Assembly (NCBI GenBank): GCA_005878385.1
Contig: VBMN01000073.1
Coordinates: 1 to 51,074 of the forward strand
Source of the DNA: Methanobacteriota archaeon
GTDB lineage: Archaea > Thermoplasmatota > Thermoplasmata > RBG-16-68-12
Direction: 5' to 3'
Length of the DNA: 51,074 bases
A program made the translations under genes and the position numbers. The notes under the pieces are model-generated. The model saw only the letters and a program-made list of their open reading frames with translations, made no database searches and was not told the DNA's origin. The number at the start of each line of letters is the position of its first letter. The stretch's first letter is position 1. This document shows positions 8,708 to 17,454 of the stretch, one piece after another.

Positions 8708-8737
8708 GAAAACTCAGCGTTGAACGAGCTCAACGCT
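8708..8737 (-). terminator. Hairpin plus U-tract after the JAMM gene (candidate terminator or processing site)
   Basis: Perfect 8-bp stem AGCGTTGA (8716-8723) / TCAACGCT (8730-8737) with a 6-nt loop. It overlaps the JAMM stop codon and is followed on the minus strand by GAGTTTTC. Confidence 0.3.
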
Positions 8738-9191
8738 TCGTTGCCTTGCGAGGCTTCCTGGAATCCACCTTCGCCGAGATTCGACGGACTTCTTCCTTCT
8801 CGAACCTTTTCGTCGGCTCATCGAACCGCCACGCTGCAATCTCTCGCGGATCGCGATCCACGATGCTCAGGATGAGGTACAGATACCACGGGGTGGCGCG
8901 GGATCGGTCGAATTCCGATGGCACCGCGGGATGATTGGGATGGCTGTGATAGATGCCGACCAAGTCCAGGCCTCTCTTCCGCGCCTCGTCGTCCGCGCGA
9001 AGTAGCTCCAGTGGATCGACCATGTACCGGCGGGCTCGGTCTTCCACGGCGACGTTCTTCGCTCGATGGGCCTCGATCACGCCCGTCCGTTCCCCAATGT
9101 GGCCAAGCAGGAACCCGCAACACTCCTCCGGGAATGCGCCGCGTGCATGGTCTTCGATGACCTTGGTTGCGGCCTCCCGAAGCTCGATCAC
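8730..9191 (-). CDS. JAMM/MPN+ metalloprotease (Mec+/HvJAMM-like)
   Basis: 153 aa with EECCGFLLG ... HSHPNHPAVPSEFD (the E / HxH / S / D JAMM signature). It overlaps the upstream cysteine synthase by 4 nt. Confidence 0.85.
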   Translation of the reverse strand: MIELREAATKVIEDHARGAFPEECCGFLLGHIGERTGVIEAHRAKNVAVEDRARRYMVDPLELLRADDEARKRGLDLVGIYHSHPNHPAVPSEFDRSRATPWYLYLILSIVDRDPREIAAWRFDEPTKRFEKEEVRRISAKVDSRKPRKATKR

Positions 9192-10159
9192 GATTCGCCC
9201 TCCCAGTAGCGCTCCCCCAGGTAGCGCTCGCCTCTGTCCGGGAAGATCATGACGACGTGTCCCTCCCCAATCCGCTCGGACAACCGAAGTGCGGCATCGA
9301 ACGCCGCGCCGCTCGAGGTGCCGACCAAGAGCCCCTCCTCCCGGGCGAGGCGACGCACGGCGACCTGCGCGTCCTCAGTCGCCACGGAGAGGATTTCGTC
9401 CGGAAGCTTCGAATCCCAGATGCCCGGGACGTGGGAGCTTCCGAGGTGCTTCACCCCCTCGATGCCATGGAACGGGCCGTCTGGTTGGACCGCGACGAGA
9501 CGGATCCTGGGATTCTTCGTCTTGAGATATCGGCCGGCACCGACGAAGGTGCCCGTGGTCCCTAAACAGGCGACTAGGTGTGTGATCTCTTGGCGAGTCT
9601 GCTGCCAGATCTCTGGACCGGTCGACTCGTAGTGCGCACGCCAATTTGCCTCGTTGTTGTATTGATCCAGATACCAGTACTTCTGCGGGTCGGAGAGGGC
9701 GAGGTCCTTCGCTACCTTCTGGGCTCCGTCGGTCCCGTCTTCCGCCGGCGTGAAGACCAGCTCGGCCCCGTAGGCCTTCAACATCCTCCGCCGATCCAAG
9801 GAGATGTTGGCGGGAACACAAAGTGTCACCGGGTACCCTTCCGCCGCGGCAAGCATCGCGATCGCGATTCCGGTATTGCCGGAGGTCGCGTCGAGGAGGG
9901 TACGCTCTTTCGTCAGGCCGGACTTCTGCGCTGCGCGAATCATCCCGAGGGCGGCACGGTCCTTCACGCTGCCGCCCGGGTTGTGCCACTCCGCCTTCGC
10001 AAATAACCGTACACCGGGCGCGACGTGAGCGGCCATCCGGTCCAGCCGCAACAAGGGCGTGCGTCCAATCAGGTCGGCGACGCGGGCGGCCTCGGGCGCC
10101 TTTTCGTCGGCGGGCATGGGTCCGCGGGCCTCAGGTCCGAACGGCCTTCGAGTCTCCAA
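9188..10159 (-). CDS. PLP-dependent cysteine synthase (CysM/CysK family)
   Basis: IGRTPLLRL, GGSVKDR (PLP lysine), TSGNTGIA, GTSSGA. The alternative ATG (M15) at 10117 would remove the 29-nt overlap with the upstream sufU-like gene. Confidence 0.85.
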   Translation of the reverse strand: METRRPFGPEARGPMPADEKAPEAARVADLIGRTPLLRLDRMAAHVAPGVRLFAKAEWHNPGGSVKDRAALGMIRAAQKSGLTKERTLLDATSGNTGIAIAMLAAAEGYPVTLCVPANISLDRRRMLKAYGAELVFTPAEDGTDGAQKVAKDLALSDPQKYWYLDQYNNEANWRAHYESTGPEIWQQTRQEITHLVACLGTTGTFVGAGRYLKTKNPRIRLVAVQPDGPFHGIEGVKHLGSSHVPGIWDSKLPDEILSVATEDAQVAVRRLAREEGLLVGTSSGAAFDAALRLSERIGEGHVVMIFPDRGERYLGERYWEGES

Positions 10160-10523
10160 GGGCGAGTCTTAGCACGTGGAGGGGCAAGAGAGCACACTTC
10201 AGGCGGACGACGCTCAAGGGAATCCCGAGTTTCTTCAGGAGCGCGTCCCGATCCAACGCCTCGATATCCGCCATGGATGACCCCTTCAACATCGTCGTGA
10301 GGATCGAGGCACTCGCCTGGCTGATCGCGCAACCCTGACCTTCGAACCGGACCTCCGAGGCGTGTCGGGAACCGTCGATGTTCAGATGAAGGATGACTTC
10401 GTCCCCACAAAGCGGGTTCGAGTCCCGGGCGTTCAAGGTCGCGTCCGGAAGCGGTCCCTTGTTCCTCGGATGTCTGTAGTGGTCCAGGATCTGCTCCTGA
10501 TACAGGTCGTACGAAGCAGACAT
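10131..10523 (-). CDS. sufU: SufU/IscU-type Fe-S scaffold or sulfur acceptor, copy 2 (short form)
   Basis: 130 aa with YQEQILDHYRHPRN and three conserved Cys (NPLCGD, GQGCAIS, LKCALL). Its start overlaps the sufS stop by 1 nt (TGATG). Confidence 0.8.
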   Translation of the reverse strand: MSASYDLYQEQILDHYRHPRNKGPLPDATLNARDSNPLCGDEVILHLNIDGSRHASEVRFEGQGCAISQASASILTTMLKGSSMADIEALDRDALLKKLGIPLSVVRLKCALLPLHVLRLALGDSKAVRT

Positions 10524-11788
10524 CAGGCGAAGACCTCTTGGACCCGCTTGATTCCGGCGACGAGCGCGTCGACGTCCTCAAGGTCGTTGTAGACATAGAA
10601 GGAAGCCCGCGCGGTTGCGGGCAAGTCGAACCGTTCCATCAGCGGCTGCGCACAGTGGTGCCCGGAACGGACGCAGATGCCTTCCACGTCCAGGATCGAT
10701 GCCACGTCGTGCGGATGGGCGTTGTCGATCGTGAATGCCAGGACCCCGGCTTTCTTCTTCACATCCTTCGGACCATACGTGTGGACGCCGTCGAGCCGCG
10801 CGAACTTCTCGAGCGCGTATTGGGTGACCTCCATCTCGTGGGCGCGGACCGCGTCCATGCCCAGCTTGGTGAGATAGTCGACCGCGACTCCGAGGCCGAT
10901 CGCGCCCGCGATGTTCGGGGTACCGCCTTCGAAGCGGTAGGGCACGTCGTTCCACGAGGCCCGGCCGAGATGGACCTCCCGGATCATCTCGCCTCCTCCG
11001 AGGAGGGGCTCCGTCGCGTCGAGGGCCTCCGGCTTCCCGTACAACACACCGATGCCCGTGGGACCGAGCATCTTGTGTCCGCTGAACGCGAGGAAGTCCG
11101 CATCGAGGTCTTGCACGTCAATCGACATGTGCGGTGCAGCTTGGGCGGCGTCGACGACGCAGACGGCTCCGACCTCGTGGGCCCGCTTTACAATATCCTT
11201 CACCGGGTTGATCGTGCCAAGGACGTTCGAACACAGCGTCACCGTGACAATCTTCGTCCGCTTCGTGAGGAGCTCGTCGTACTGTTCCATCCGCAGCGTC
11301 CCGTCGTCGTTCACATCCACGTACTTCAGGACCGCGCCTTTGTGATCTTTCACAAAGTGCCAGGGAACGTGGTTCGAATGATGCTCCATCACCGTGCCGA
11401 CGATCTCGTCTCCACTCTGAAGTTTCCCCTTCAGGCCGTACCCGTAGGCGACGACATTGAGGGATTCTGTCGTGGACTTCGTGAACACGATCTGGTTCGG
11501 AGACTTGGCACGGATGAACCCGGCGATCTTTTCGCGCGCTCCCTCGTACTCGCGGGTGGCCTCCTCTCCGAGTTCGTAGATGGCCCGATGGACGTTCGCG
11601 TTGTAGCGGGAATAGTAATCCGACGTCGCGTCAATGACCTGTTTTGGCTTCTGCGAAGTCGCGGCGCTGTCGAGGTAGATGAGGCGGCGGTCCCGGACTT
11701 TCCGCTGCAAGATGGGGAAATCGGCCTTGATGGCCGGGACGTTCAACAGCACCTTGGCAGGCTTTGCCATCCGGTTCCCTCGTACCAT
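10523..11788 (-). CDS. sufS: Cysteine desulfurase SufS (class V aminotransferase)
   Basis: 421 aa with DFPIL, YLDSAATSQKP, FSGHKMLGPTG (PLP lysine) and RSGHHCAQP (active-site Cys loop). An alternative ATG lies at 11770. Confidence 0.9.
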   Translation of the reverse strand: MVRGNRMAKPAKVLLNVPAIKADFPILQRKVRDRRLIYLDSAATSQKPKQVIDATSDYYSRYNANVHRAIYELGEEATREYEGAREKIAGFIRAKSPNQIVFTKSTTESLNVVAYGYGLKGKLQSGDEIVGTVMEHHSNHVPWHFVKDHKGAVLKYVDVNDDGTLRMEQYDELLTKRTKIVTVTLCSNVLGTINPVKDIVKRAHEVGAVCVVDAAQAAPHMSIDVQDLDADFLAFSGHKMLGPTGIGVLYGKPEALDATEPLLGGGEMIREVHLGRASWNDVPYRFEGGTPNIAGAIGLGVAVDYLTKLGMDAVRAHEMEVTQYALEKFARLDGVHTYGPKDVKKKAGVLAFTIDNAHPHDVASILDVEGICVRSGHHCAQPLMERFDLPATARASFYVYNDLEDVDALVAGIKRVQEVFA

Positions 11789-11845
11789 GACGAGCTGGCT
11801 ACTTGAGTCTTCTCGTACGGCTCGTTTGAGGCCCGCGGAGGCCGC

Positions 11846-13114
11846 TCATCCGATGCCGCCACTGAGCTCCAATTCGAGCAGTCGATCCACTTCCACCGCA
11901 TATTCGACCGGGATGCGACGCGTCGCTTCCGAGGCGATTCCCAGGACCACCATGCGGATCGCTTCGTCCGCTGGGACGCCCCGCGACGACATGTAGAAAA
12001 GCATCTCTTCGCCGACCTTGCGGACCTTGCCCTCTTGCCCAATCTCCGCGTCCGCCTCGTCCACTTCGATCGACGGATTCGTTTCCGCGCGGGATTCCGC
12101 GTCGAGCATGAGCGACGACCAGGTGACCGACGACACCGCCTCCGTCGCGCCGGTGGCCACCCGGACGCCCGATCGGAGGGTGGCCCGGCCCCCTTTCTTA
12201 ACAATCCCGTGGTTCACGATGCGTGACCGCGTGCGAGGCGCCAGGTGGACCATCTCGGCCCCGACGTCCTCGTGTTGGCCTCGGCCCGCGAAGGCGACGC
12301 CGATGAAATCCGCGTTGGCTCCGGGACCGACGAGGTTCGCCCGTGGAACTTTCCATGTGCGCCTCGAACCCAAGTTCACGTCGACCCATTCGAGGGACGC
12401 ACCGTCGTGGACCTGCGCACGCTTCGTCACGAGGTTGTCCACTTTCTTGGAGAAGTTCTGGAGGGCGATGTAACGGACGCGGGAGCCTGGCATCGCGACG
12501 ACCTCAATCGCCGAAAGGTGCAGTTCGTCCGCCGTATAGACCGGCGCGGTGCAACCCTCGATGTAGGTCACCTCCGCCCCGCGATCGGCGACGATCACAT
12601 TGCGTTCGAACGGTTCGACTTTCGTATAGTCTGCACGAATCTCCGCCTGGAGCGGGATCCCGACCGAGACGCCGGGCGGCACGTAGAGGAACGAACCTTC
12701 GGTCCAGAGGGCGGCGTTCAGGGCCGCGATTGGGTCGTCGTCCGGCGGGATGACCGAGGCCAGATACGTTCGCAGGGAATCCGGAATCCGCGCGAGGGCG
12801 GTTGGCAACCCGTAGAATCGGATGCCGCGGGACTCGAGATCGGTGCGGACCGCGCGATAGGCCTCCTCGGACTCTTCGAGGGCCCCGAGGCCGGGCTGAA
12901 CCGTGGAATCCCGAGGTGCGTTTGCTTCTGCGGGGGGTCCATCGGACGAAACGATCGCCCCGAAATCGATCTCTCGCAGGAAGGCGGCCCACGCGGGAAC
13001 ACCGTCGGACCGAACGAGGTCGAGTCCTCGCAGGCGCTGACGCAACATCCAGTTTGGCTCGCCGCGTCCCGCCGAGAGCTGGCGAACCAGGTCCTCGGTC
13101 GGACCGAGGTTCAT
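11846..13114 (-). CDS. Divergent SufB/SufD-family protein (second SufB-like copy)
   Basis: 422 aa, collinear with the SufB beta-helix core. It keeps YIEGCTAP and the C-terminal ...PVEYAVEVDRLLELELSGGIG. The N-terminal third is unlike the canonical SufB at 15836-17287. Confidence 0.7.
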   Translation of the reverse strand: MNLGPTEDLVRQLSAGRGEPNWMLRQRLRGLDLVRSDGVPAWAAFLREIDFGAIVSSDGPPAEANAPRDSTVQPGLGALEESEEAYRAVRTDLESRGIRFYGLPTALARIPDSLRTYLASVIPPDDDPIAALNAALWTEGSFLYVPPGVSVGIPLQAEIRADYTKVEPFERNVIVADRGAEVTYIEGCTAPVYTADELHLSAIEVVAMPGSRVRYIALQNFSKKVDNLVTKRAQVHDGASLEWVDVNLGSRRTWKVPRANLVGPGANADFIGVAFAGRGQHEDVGAEMVHLAPRTRSRIVNHGIVKKGGRATLRSGVRVATGATEAVSSVTWSSLMLDAESRAETNPSIEVDEADAEIGQEGKVRKVGEEMLFYMSSRGVPADEAIRMVVLGIASEATRRIPVEYAVEVDRLLELELSGGIG

Positions 13115-13175
13115 GGTGACCGGGGTCCCCTCTTCACCCGTCCGTCGGTCCGGGCGACGTCCGGGGTCGTCATCC

Positions 13176-13631
13176 TCACTCCAGCGACACGATCTCCTTC
13201 TTCGCTTGGATCGCGGCCTCGAGCGTGTGCCATGCCAAGCTCGCGCACTTCACTCGAACCGGGAATTCACACACACCCGACAGGACCGCGAGCTTGCCCA
13301 ACGACTGCGTGTCGACGGGATCGCCGGGCCGGCCGGTCACCATCCGGTGGAACTTCTCGAACAATTCATGCGCCTGCGTCTTCGACTTCCCCTTGACGGC
13401 ATCGGTCATGAGCGACGCCGAAGCCTTCGAAATCGCGCAGCCCTGCCCGACGAAAGCGACGTCCGCGATCGTGCCGTCCGTCAATCGCACGTAGACGGTC
13501 ACCCGATCTCCGCACAATGGATTGTGCCCCACGGCAGTGGCATTCGCGTCCGCGATCTCGTGGAAGTTCCTCGGCCTCTTGCTGTGGTCGAGGATCGTCT
13601 CCTGATAGAGCTCGCGGAGATCCGGCGTCAT
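13176..13631 (-). CDS. sufU: SufU-type Fe-S scaffold or sulfur acceptor, copy 1 (long form with SufU insertion)
   Basis: 151 aa with YQETILDHSKRPRN, NPLCGD, GQGCAIS, VKCASLAW. A ~20-aa insertion precedes the last Cys. Confidence 0.85.
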   Translation of the reverse strand: MTPDLRELYQETILDHSKRPRNFHEIADANATAVGHNPLCGDRVTVYVRLTDGTIADVAFVGQGCAISKASASLMTDAVKGKSKTQAHELFEKFHRMVTGRPGDPVDTQSLGKLAVLSGVCEFPVRVKCASLAWHTLEAAIQAKKEIVSLE

Positions 13632-13680
13632 GGAATCACTGTTCGGCAGCAGCTCCGTCCCAACCTATCCGGGTCGTGCT

Positions 13681-15021
13681 TCATAAGGTCTCTCCGACCT
13701 CGGCCCCTTTCGGCAACCGCGAGAGGATCAGTTGGTCGAGCTTGATTCGAATCGGGGCCACCTTCACCTGATTCACGACGTCCGAGGCGAACGCGTAGGT
13801 GAGGATGTGACGAGCGTTTTCCTCGTCGATCCCGCGGGAGCGAAGGTAGAACACCGCGTTCTCGTCCAGTTGACCGATCGTCGAGGCGTGACTGCACTTG
13901 ACGTCGTCCGCCAGGATCTCGAGACCCGGAGTGCTGTCGACGAAGGCCTCCTTCGATAGGAGGAGGTTCTTGTTCACCTGCCGCGCGACGGTCTTCTGGG
14001 CGTCCTTTCGGACGTAGATGTTCCCGTTGAACACCCCTCGGGACTTTCCGCCGAGGATGCCGCGGTACAGCTCGAGGCTCGTGCACGCAGGGGCTGCGTG
14101 GTCGATTCGCGTATAGTGATCCGATTGCTGTGCCCCGGAAGGCATGAACAGCCCGTTGAGGGCCACACTTCCTCCCTCGGCCCGGAAAATGGTGTGGACA
14201 TAGTTCCGGACGAGTGCTCCGCCGAAGGACATCGAGTGGCAGGTGACGGAGGAATTGCGGTCTTGGTCGACCGCCATCGTCGCGACGTGGAAGGCCGCCT
14301 CGGACTCGCGCTGGATCTTGTAATGCTCCAGGACGCAAGCCGGTCCGGCGACGATCTCCGTGACGGCGTTCGTGAAGGTTACCTCTGGGGCCCACCCCGC
14401 ATACGTCTCAATCACGGTGGCCTGGCTCCCCGCTCCGAGGCGAATCAGGTTGCGTGGATAGGCGACCGTGGGCCGGTCCCGGGACGTCGAGACGAAGACC
14501 AAATGGATCGGCTCGTCCACGACCGCATTCTTCGGGACGTCCACATAGGCACCGTCGATGAAGAAGGCCGTGTTCAACGCGACGAACGAATCCTCTTGGA
14601 AACGGGCGAACCGGGTGAGATCCTTTTCGAGGCTCCCGGGGTCCTGACGGAGGACCTCGGCGAGGGATGCGATCCGGACACCTTCCGGAAGCGGCCGGAG
14701 GTACGAAAGACGCGGTGCATACCGGCCGTTCACGAACACGAGTCGAGTCGTCTTCAAGATGCCGAATGCGAACGGTTCGAGCTTCTCTGCCACGACTCCG
14801 TCGGGCCCCCCGAGGATGGGGGGTTTGAACGGGACCCGAAGGAGCGGCGCGAGGTTCGTGAACTTCCATTCTTCGTGTCGTTGCGTGGGAAAGCCGAGGG
14901 CGTCGAACCGCTCGATCGCGGACCGGCGGATCCCGCGAAGCCACGACGGACCGGAGCGATCCGTCTCGGCGGACGCAAATTCCGCGACATACGTCTGCTT
15001 GGCGTCGAGGGCCACCGCCAC
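13681..15021 (-). CDS. sufD: Fe-S cluster assembly protein SufD
   Basis: 446 aa. N-terminus ...RRSAIERFDALGFPTQRHEEWKFTNL, beta-helix core, C-terminus ENAVFYLRSRGIDEENARHILTYAF. Confidence 0.85.
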   Translation of the reverse strand: MAVALDAKQTYVAEFASAETDRSGPSWLRGIRRSAIERFDALGFPTQRHEEWKFTNLAPLLRVPFKPPILGGPDGVVAEKLEPFAFGILKTTRLVFVNGRYAPRLSYLRPLPEGVRIASLAEVLRQDPGSLEKDLTRFARFQEDSFVALNTAFFIDGAYVDVPKNAVVDEPIHLVFVSTSRDRPTVAYPRNLIRLGAGSQATVIETYAGWAPEVTFTNAVTEIVAGPACVLEHYKIQRESEAAFHVATMAVDQDRNSSVTCHSMSFGGALVRNYVHTIFRAEGGSVALNGLFMPSGAQQSDHYTRIDHAAPACTSLELYRGILGGKSRGVFNGNIYVRKDAQKTVARQVNKNLLLSKEAFVDSTPGLEILADDVKCSHASTIGQLDENAVFYLRSRGIDEENARHILTYAFASDVVNQVKVAPIRIKLDQLILSRLPKGAEVGETL

Positions 15022-15035
15022 GATCTCACCGGGCC

Positions 15036-15806
15036 TCAGGCGCGAGCCGGCTGCGGCCTCGGCGCCTCCTCGACGATCCAGCCGTAGCCGTGCTTCTCCA
15101 GGTTCCGAGCCAAGTCCGCGTCGCCGCTCTTCACGATCCGGCCGTCCACGAGGACGTGGACGAACTCAGGGATCACATAGTCCAGGAGGCGTTGGTAGTG
15201 GGTCACGACGAGCATCGAGCGCTTCGGGCTTCGCATCGTGTTGACTCCGTTGGCGACGAGGCGCAAGGCATCGATGTCAAGGCCGGAGTCCGTCTCGTCG
15301 AGGATGCAGAACTTCGGCTCTAGGACCGCCATCTGGAACACTTCGTTCTTTTTCTTCTCGCCTCCGGAGAAACCTTCGTTCAAACCGCGCTTCATGAAGG
15401 TCTCGTCAAGGCCGAGCAGCTTCGCCTTGTCTTGGACAAGGCTCATGAAGTCCATCGCATCGATCTCCTCGAGCCCGCGGTATTTTCGAATCGCGTTCAG
15501 GGCCGCCTTCAGGAAATAGGCGTTGCTGACGCCCGGGATCTCGACCGGATATTGGAACGCCATGAAGACGCCTTCGCGGGCGCGGTCCTCCGGCTTCATC
15601 GCGAGAAGATCCTTGCCTTCGAACCGGGCCGTCCCTCCCGTGACCTCGTACGTCAGGCGGCCGGCGAGGACCTGAGCGAGCGTGGTCTTGCCGCTCCCGT
15701 TCGGGCCCATGACCGCGTGGACCTCCCCGGGTCCGATCGAGAGATCGATTCCTTTCAGGATCTCCTTTCCCGCCACCTTCACGTGCAGATTCTTGATCTC
15801 GAGCAT
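15036..15806 (-). CDS. sufC: Fe-S cluster assembly ATPase SufC
   Basis: The real start is MLEIKNLHV at 15806. Walker A GPNGSGKTT, signature FSGGEKKK, Walker B ILDETDSGLD. The rest of track ORF 15036..16685 is an out-of-frame overlap of sufB. Confidence 0.92.
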   Translation of the reverse strand: MLEIKNLHVKVAGKEILKGIDLSIGPGEVHAVMGPNGSGKTTLAQVLAGRLTYEVTGGTARFEGKDLLAMKPEDRAREGVFMAFQYPVEIPGVSNAYFLKAALNAIRKYRGLEEIDAMDFMSLVQDKAKLLGLDETFMKRGLNEGFSGGEKKKNEVFQMAVLEPKFCILDETDSGLDIDALRLVANGVNTMRSPKRSMLVVTHYQRLLDYVIPEFVHVLVDGRIVKSGDADLARNLEKHGYGWIVEEAPRPQPARA

Positions 15807-15835
15807 CGTCGTGTCCTCCCACTGCGGGGGCGTGT

Positions 15836-17287
15836 TCAGCCGACCGTTCCCTCGAGGTTCAGGCTCACACTGATCAGCTTCTGGGCTTCCACCGCGAACT
15901 CCATCGGGAGCTTCAGGAAGACCTGCTTGCAGAAGCCGTTCACAATCATGTTCGTGGCATCCTCCGGCGTGATGCCACGCGTCTGGCAATAGAAGAGTTG
16001 GTCCTCGCCGATCTTCGATGTCGACGCCTCGTGCTCCATCTGGGCCGTCGGCTCCTGGACCTGGATATCTGGGAACGTGAAGGCCGCGCACGTGGAGCCG
16101 ATCAGGAGCGAGTCGCACTGGGAGTAGTTCCGGGCGTTCGTGGCGCCTTTGTGGATTTGCACGCGGCCTCGATAGGTGTTCCGCCCGTAGCCCGCGGAGA
16201 TTCCCTTCGAGATGATCGTGCTCCGGGTGTTCTTCCCGATGTGCAGCATCTTCGTGCCCGTGTCGGCCTGCTGGTAGTTGTTCGCCAACGCGACGGAATA
16301 GAATTCGCCCACGGAGTTGTCCCCCTGCAGGATGCAACTCGGGTACTTCCAGGTGATCGAGGAACCCGTCTCGACCTGGGTCCAAGAGATCTTCGAGTTC
16401 ACGCCGAGGCACTTCCCCCGCTTCGTGACGAAGTTGTAGATCCCGCCCTTCCCCTGCTTGTCGCCAGGGTACCAGTTCTGAATCGTGGAATACTTGATCT
16501 CCGCATCGTCGAGGGCGATCAGTTCGACGACCGCGGCATGCAGCTGATTCGTGTCGCGGATCGGCGCCGTGCATCCCTCGAGATAGCTCACGTACGCGCC
16601 CGGGTCTGCAATGATCAGCGTTCGCTCGAACTGCCCGGTGTCCTGCGCGTTGATCCGGAAATACGTGGACAACTCCATCGGGCACCGCACCCCCGGCGGG
16701 ACGTAGGCGAACGAGCCATCACTGAAGACCGCGCTGTTCAGCGCGGCGAAGAAATTGTCGTTGAATGGCACGACGGAGCCGAGGTACTTTCGGACGAGGT
16801 CGGGGTGTTCGAGGACCGCCTCGGAGAAGGAACAGAAGATGATGCCCAGTTCCGCGAGCTTGTCCTTGAACGTCGTCGCGACCGAGACGCTGTCCAGCAC
16901 CGCATCCACCGCGACACCGGAGAGGCGTTCCTGTTCCTGTAGCGGGATGCCAAGCTTCGCGTAGAGAGACCGGATCTCGGGATCGACGTCCTCGAGGCTC
17001 TTCACTTCCTTCTTCGGCCTCGGAGCGGCGTAGTAGATGATGTCCTGGTAGTTGATCGGGGGATAGCGGACGTTGGACCACGTGGGCTCCTTCATCGTGA
17101 GCCAGTGGCGATAGGCCCGGAGCCTCCACTCGGTCATCCATTCCGGCTCCTTCTTTTTGTGAGAGATGAGCCGGACGACGTCCTCGCTGAGCCCCTTCGG
17201 AATCGTGTCCTCATCGAAGTCGGCGACGAAACCGTATTTGTACTCCTGCTTCGCCATCTGCTCTTGGAGTACGCTCTTCGAGACCAT
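15836..17287 (-). CDS. sufB: Fe-S cluster assembly scaffold SufB
   Basis: [65 protein letters not shown]. The ATG at 17287 is preceded by AAGGAGGTG (GGAGG at 17300-17296). Confidence 0.93.
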   Translation of the reverse strand: MVSKSVLQEQMAKQEYKYGFVADFDEDTIPKGLSEDVVRLISHKKKEPEWMTEWRLRAYRHWLTMKEPTWSNVRYPPINYQDIIYYAAPRPKKEVKSLEDVDPEIRSLYAKLGIPLQEQERLSGVAVDAVLDSVSVATTFKDKLAELGIIFCSFSEAVLEHPDLVRKYLGSVVPFNDNFFAALNSAVFSDGSFAYVPPGVRCPMELSTYFRINAQDTGQFERTLIIADPGAYVSYLEGCTAPIRDTNQLHAAVVELIALDDAEIKYSTIQNWYPGDKQGKGGIYNFVTKRGKCLGVNSKISWTQVETGSSITWKYPSCILQGDNSVGEFYSVALANNYQQADTGTKMLHIGKNTRSTIISKGISAGYGRNTYRGRVQIHKGATNARNYSQCDSLLIGSTCAAFTFPDIQVQEPTAQMEHEASTSKIGEDQLFYCQTRGITPEDATNMIVNGFCKQVFLKLPMEFAVEAQKLISVSLNLEGTVG

Positions 17288-17323
17288 GCCACACACCTCC
17301 TTTTATGGGGAGGGAATGAGACA

Positions 17324-17345
17324 CTATAACGTCGTTATATATATC
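17324..17345. promoter_or_regulatory. AT-rich bidirectional promoter region between sufB and the IscA-type gene
   Basis: CTATAA (17324-17329) and TTATATATATC (17335-17345) are the only AT-rich tracts in the 167-nt divergent spacer. They lie 40-60 nt upstream of the sufB ATG. Confidence 0.5.
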
Positions 17346-17454
17346 TTTGGTCGTGAGTGAGTCGAACAACTCGGTGGATGATTCGCGGACGACACTCGCG
17401 GCGGAAGACTTAAGTCGCGGGCCCGCTTTCAAACGACTTGGAGACGCGATCGCA

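Noticed and set aside
7150-9191. Ubl + E1 + JAMM as a defence-type conjugation system (Bil-like or CBASS Cap2/Cap3-like)
   Set aside because: No E2-like gene or effector is present. The E1 carries a rhodanese domain, and the cluster is fused to a cysteine synthase and the SUF operon. This points to sulfur-carrier chemistry.
10538-11806. 422-aa plus-strand ORF (and similar ones at 12245-13396, 14098-15087, 15998-16942, 20273-21424, 28130-29281, 38989-40302, 49694-50728)
   Set aside because: All are antisense to genes with strong family motifs (sufS, sufB', sufD, sufB, metE, the oxidoreductase alpha subunit, tgtA, pelota). They are rich in Arg/Asp/Gly/Val, as expected for the complement of GC3-biased codons.
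15807-16685. N-terminal 290 aa of track ORF 15036..16685
   Set aside because: This part overlaps sufB out of frame. The SufC homology begins precisely at MLEIKNLHV (15806), 29 nt after the sufB stop.
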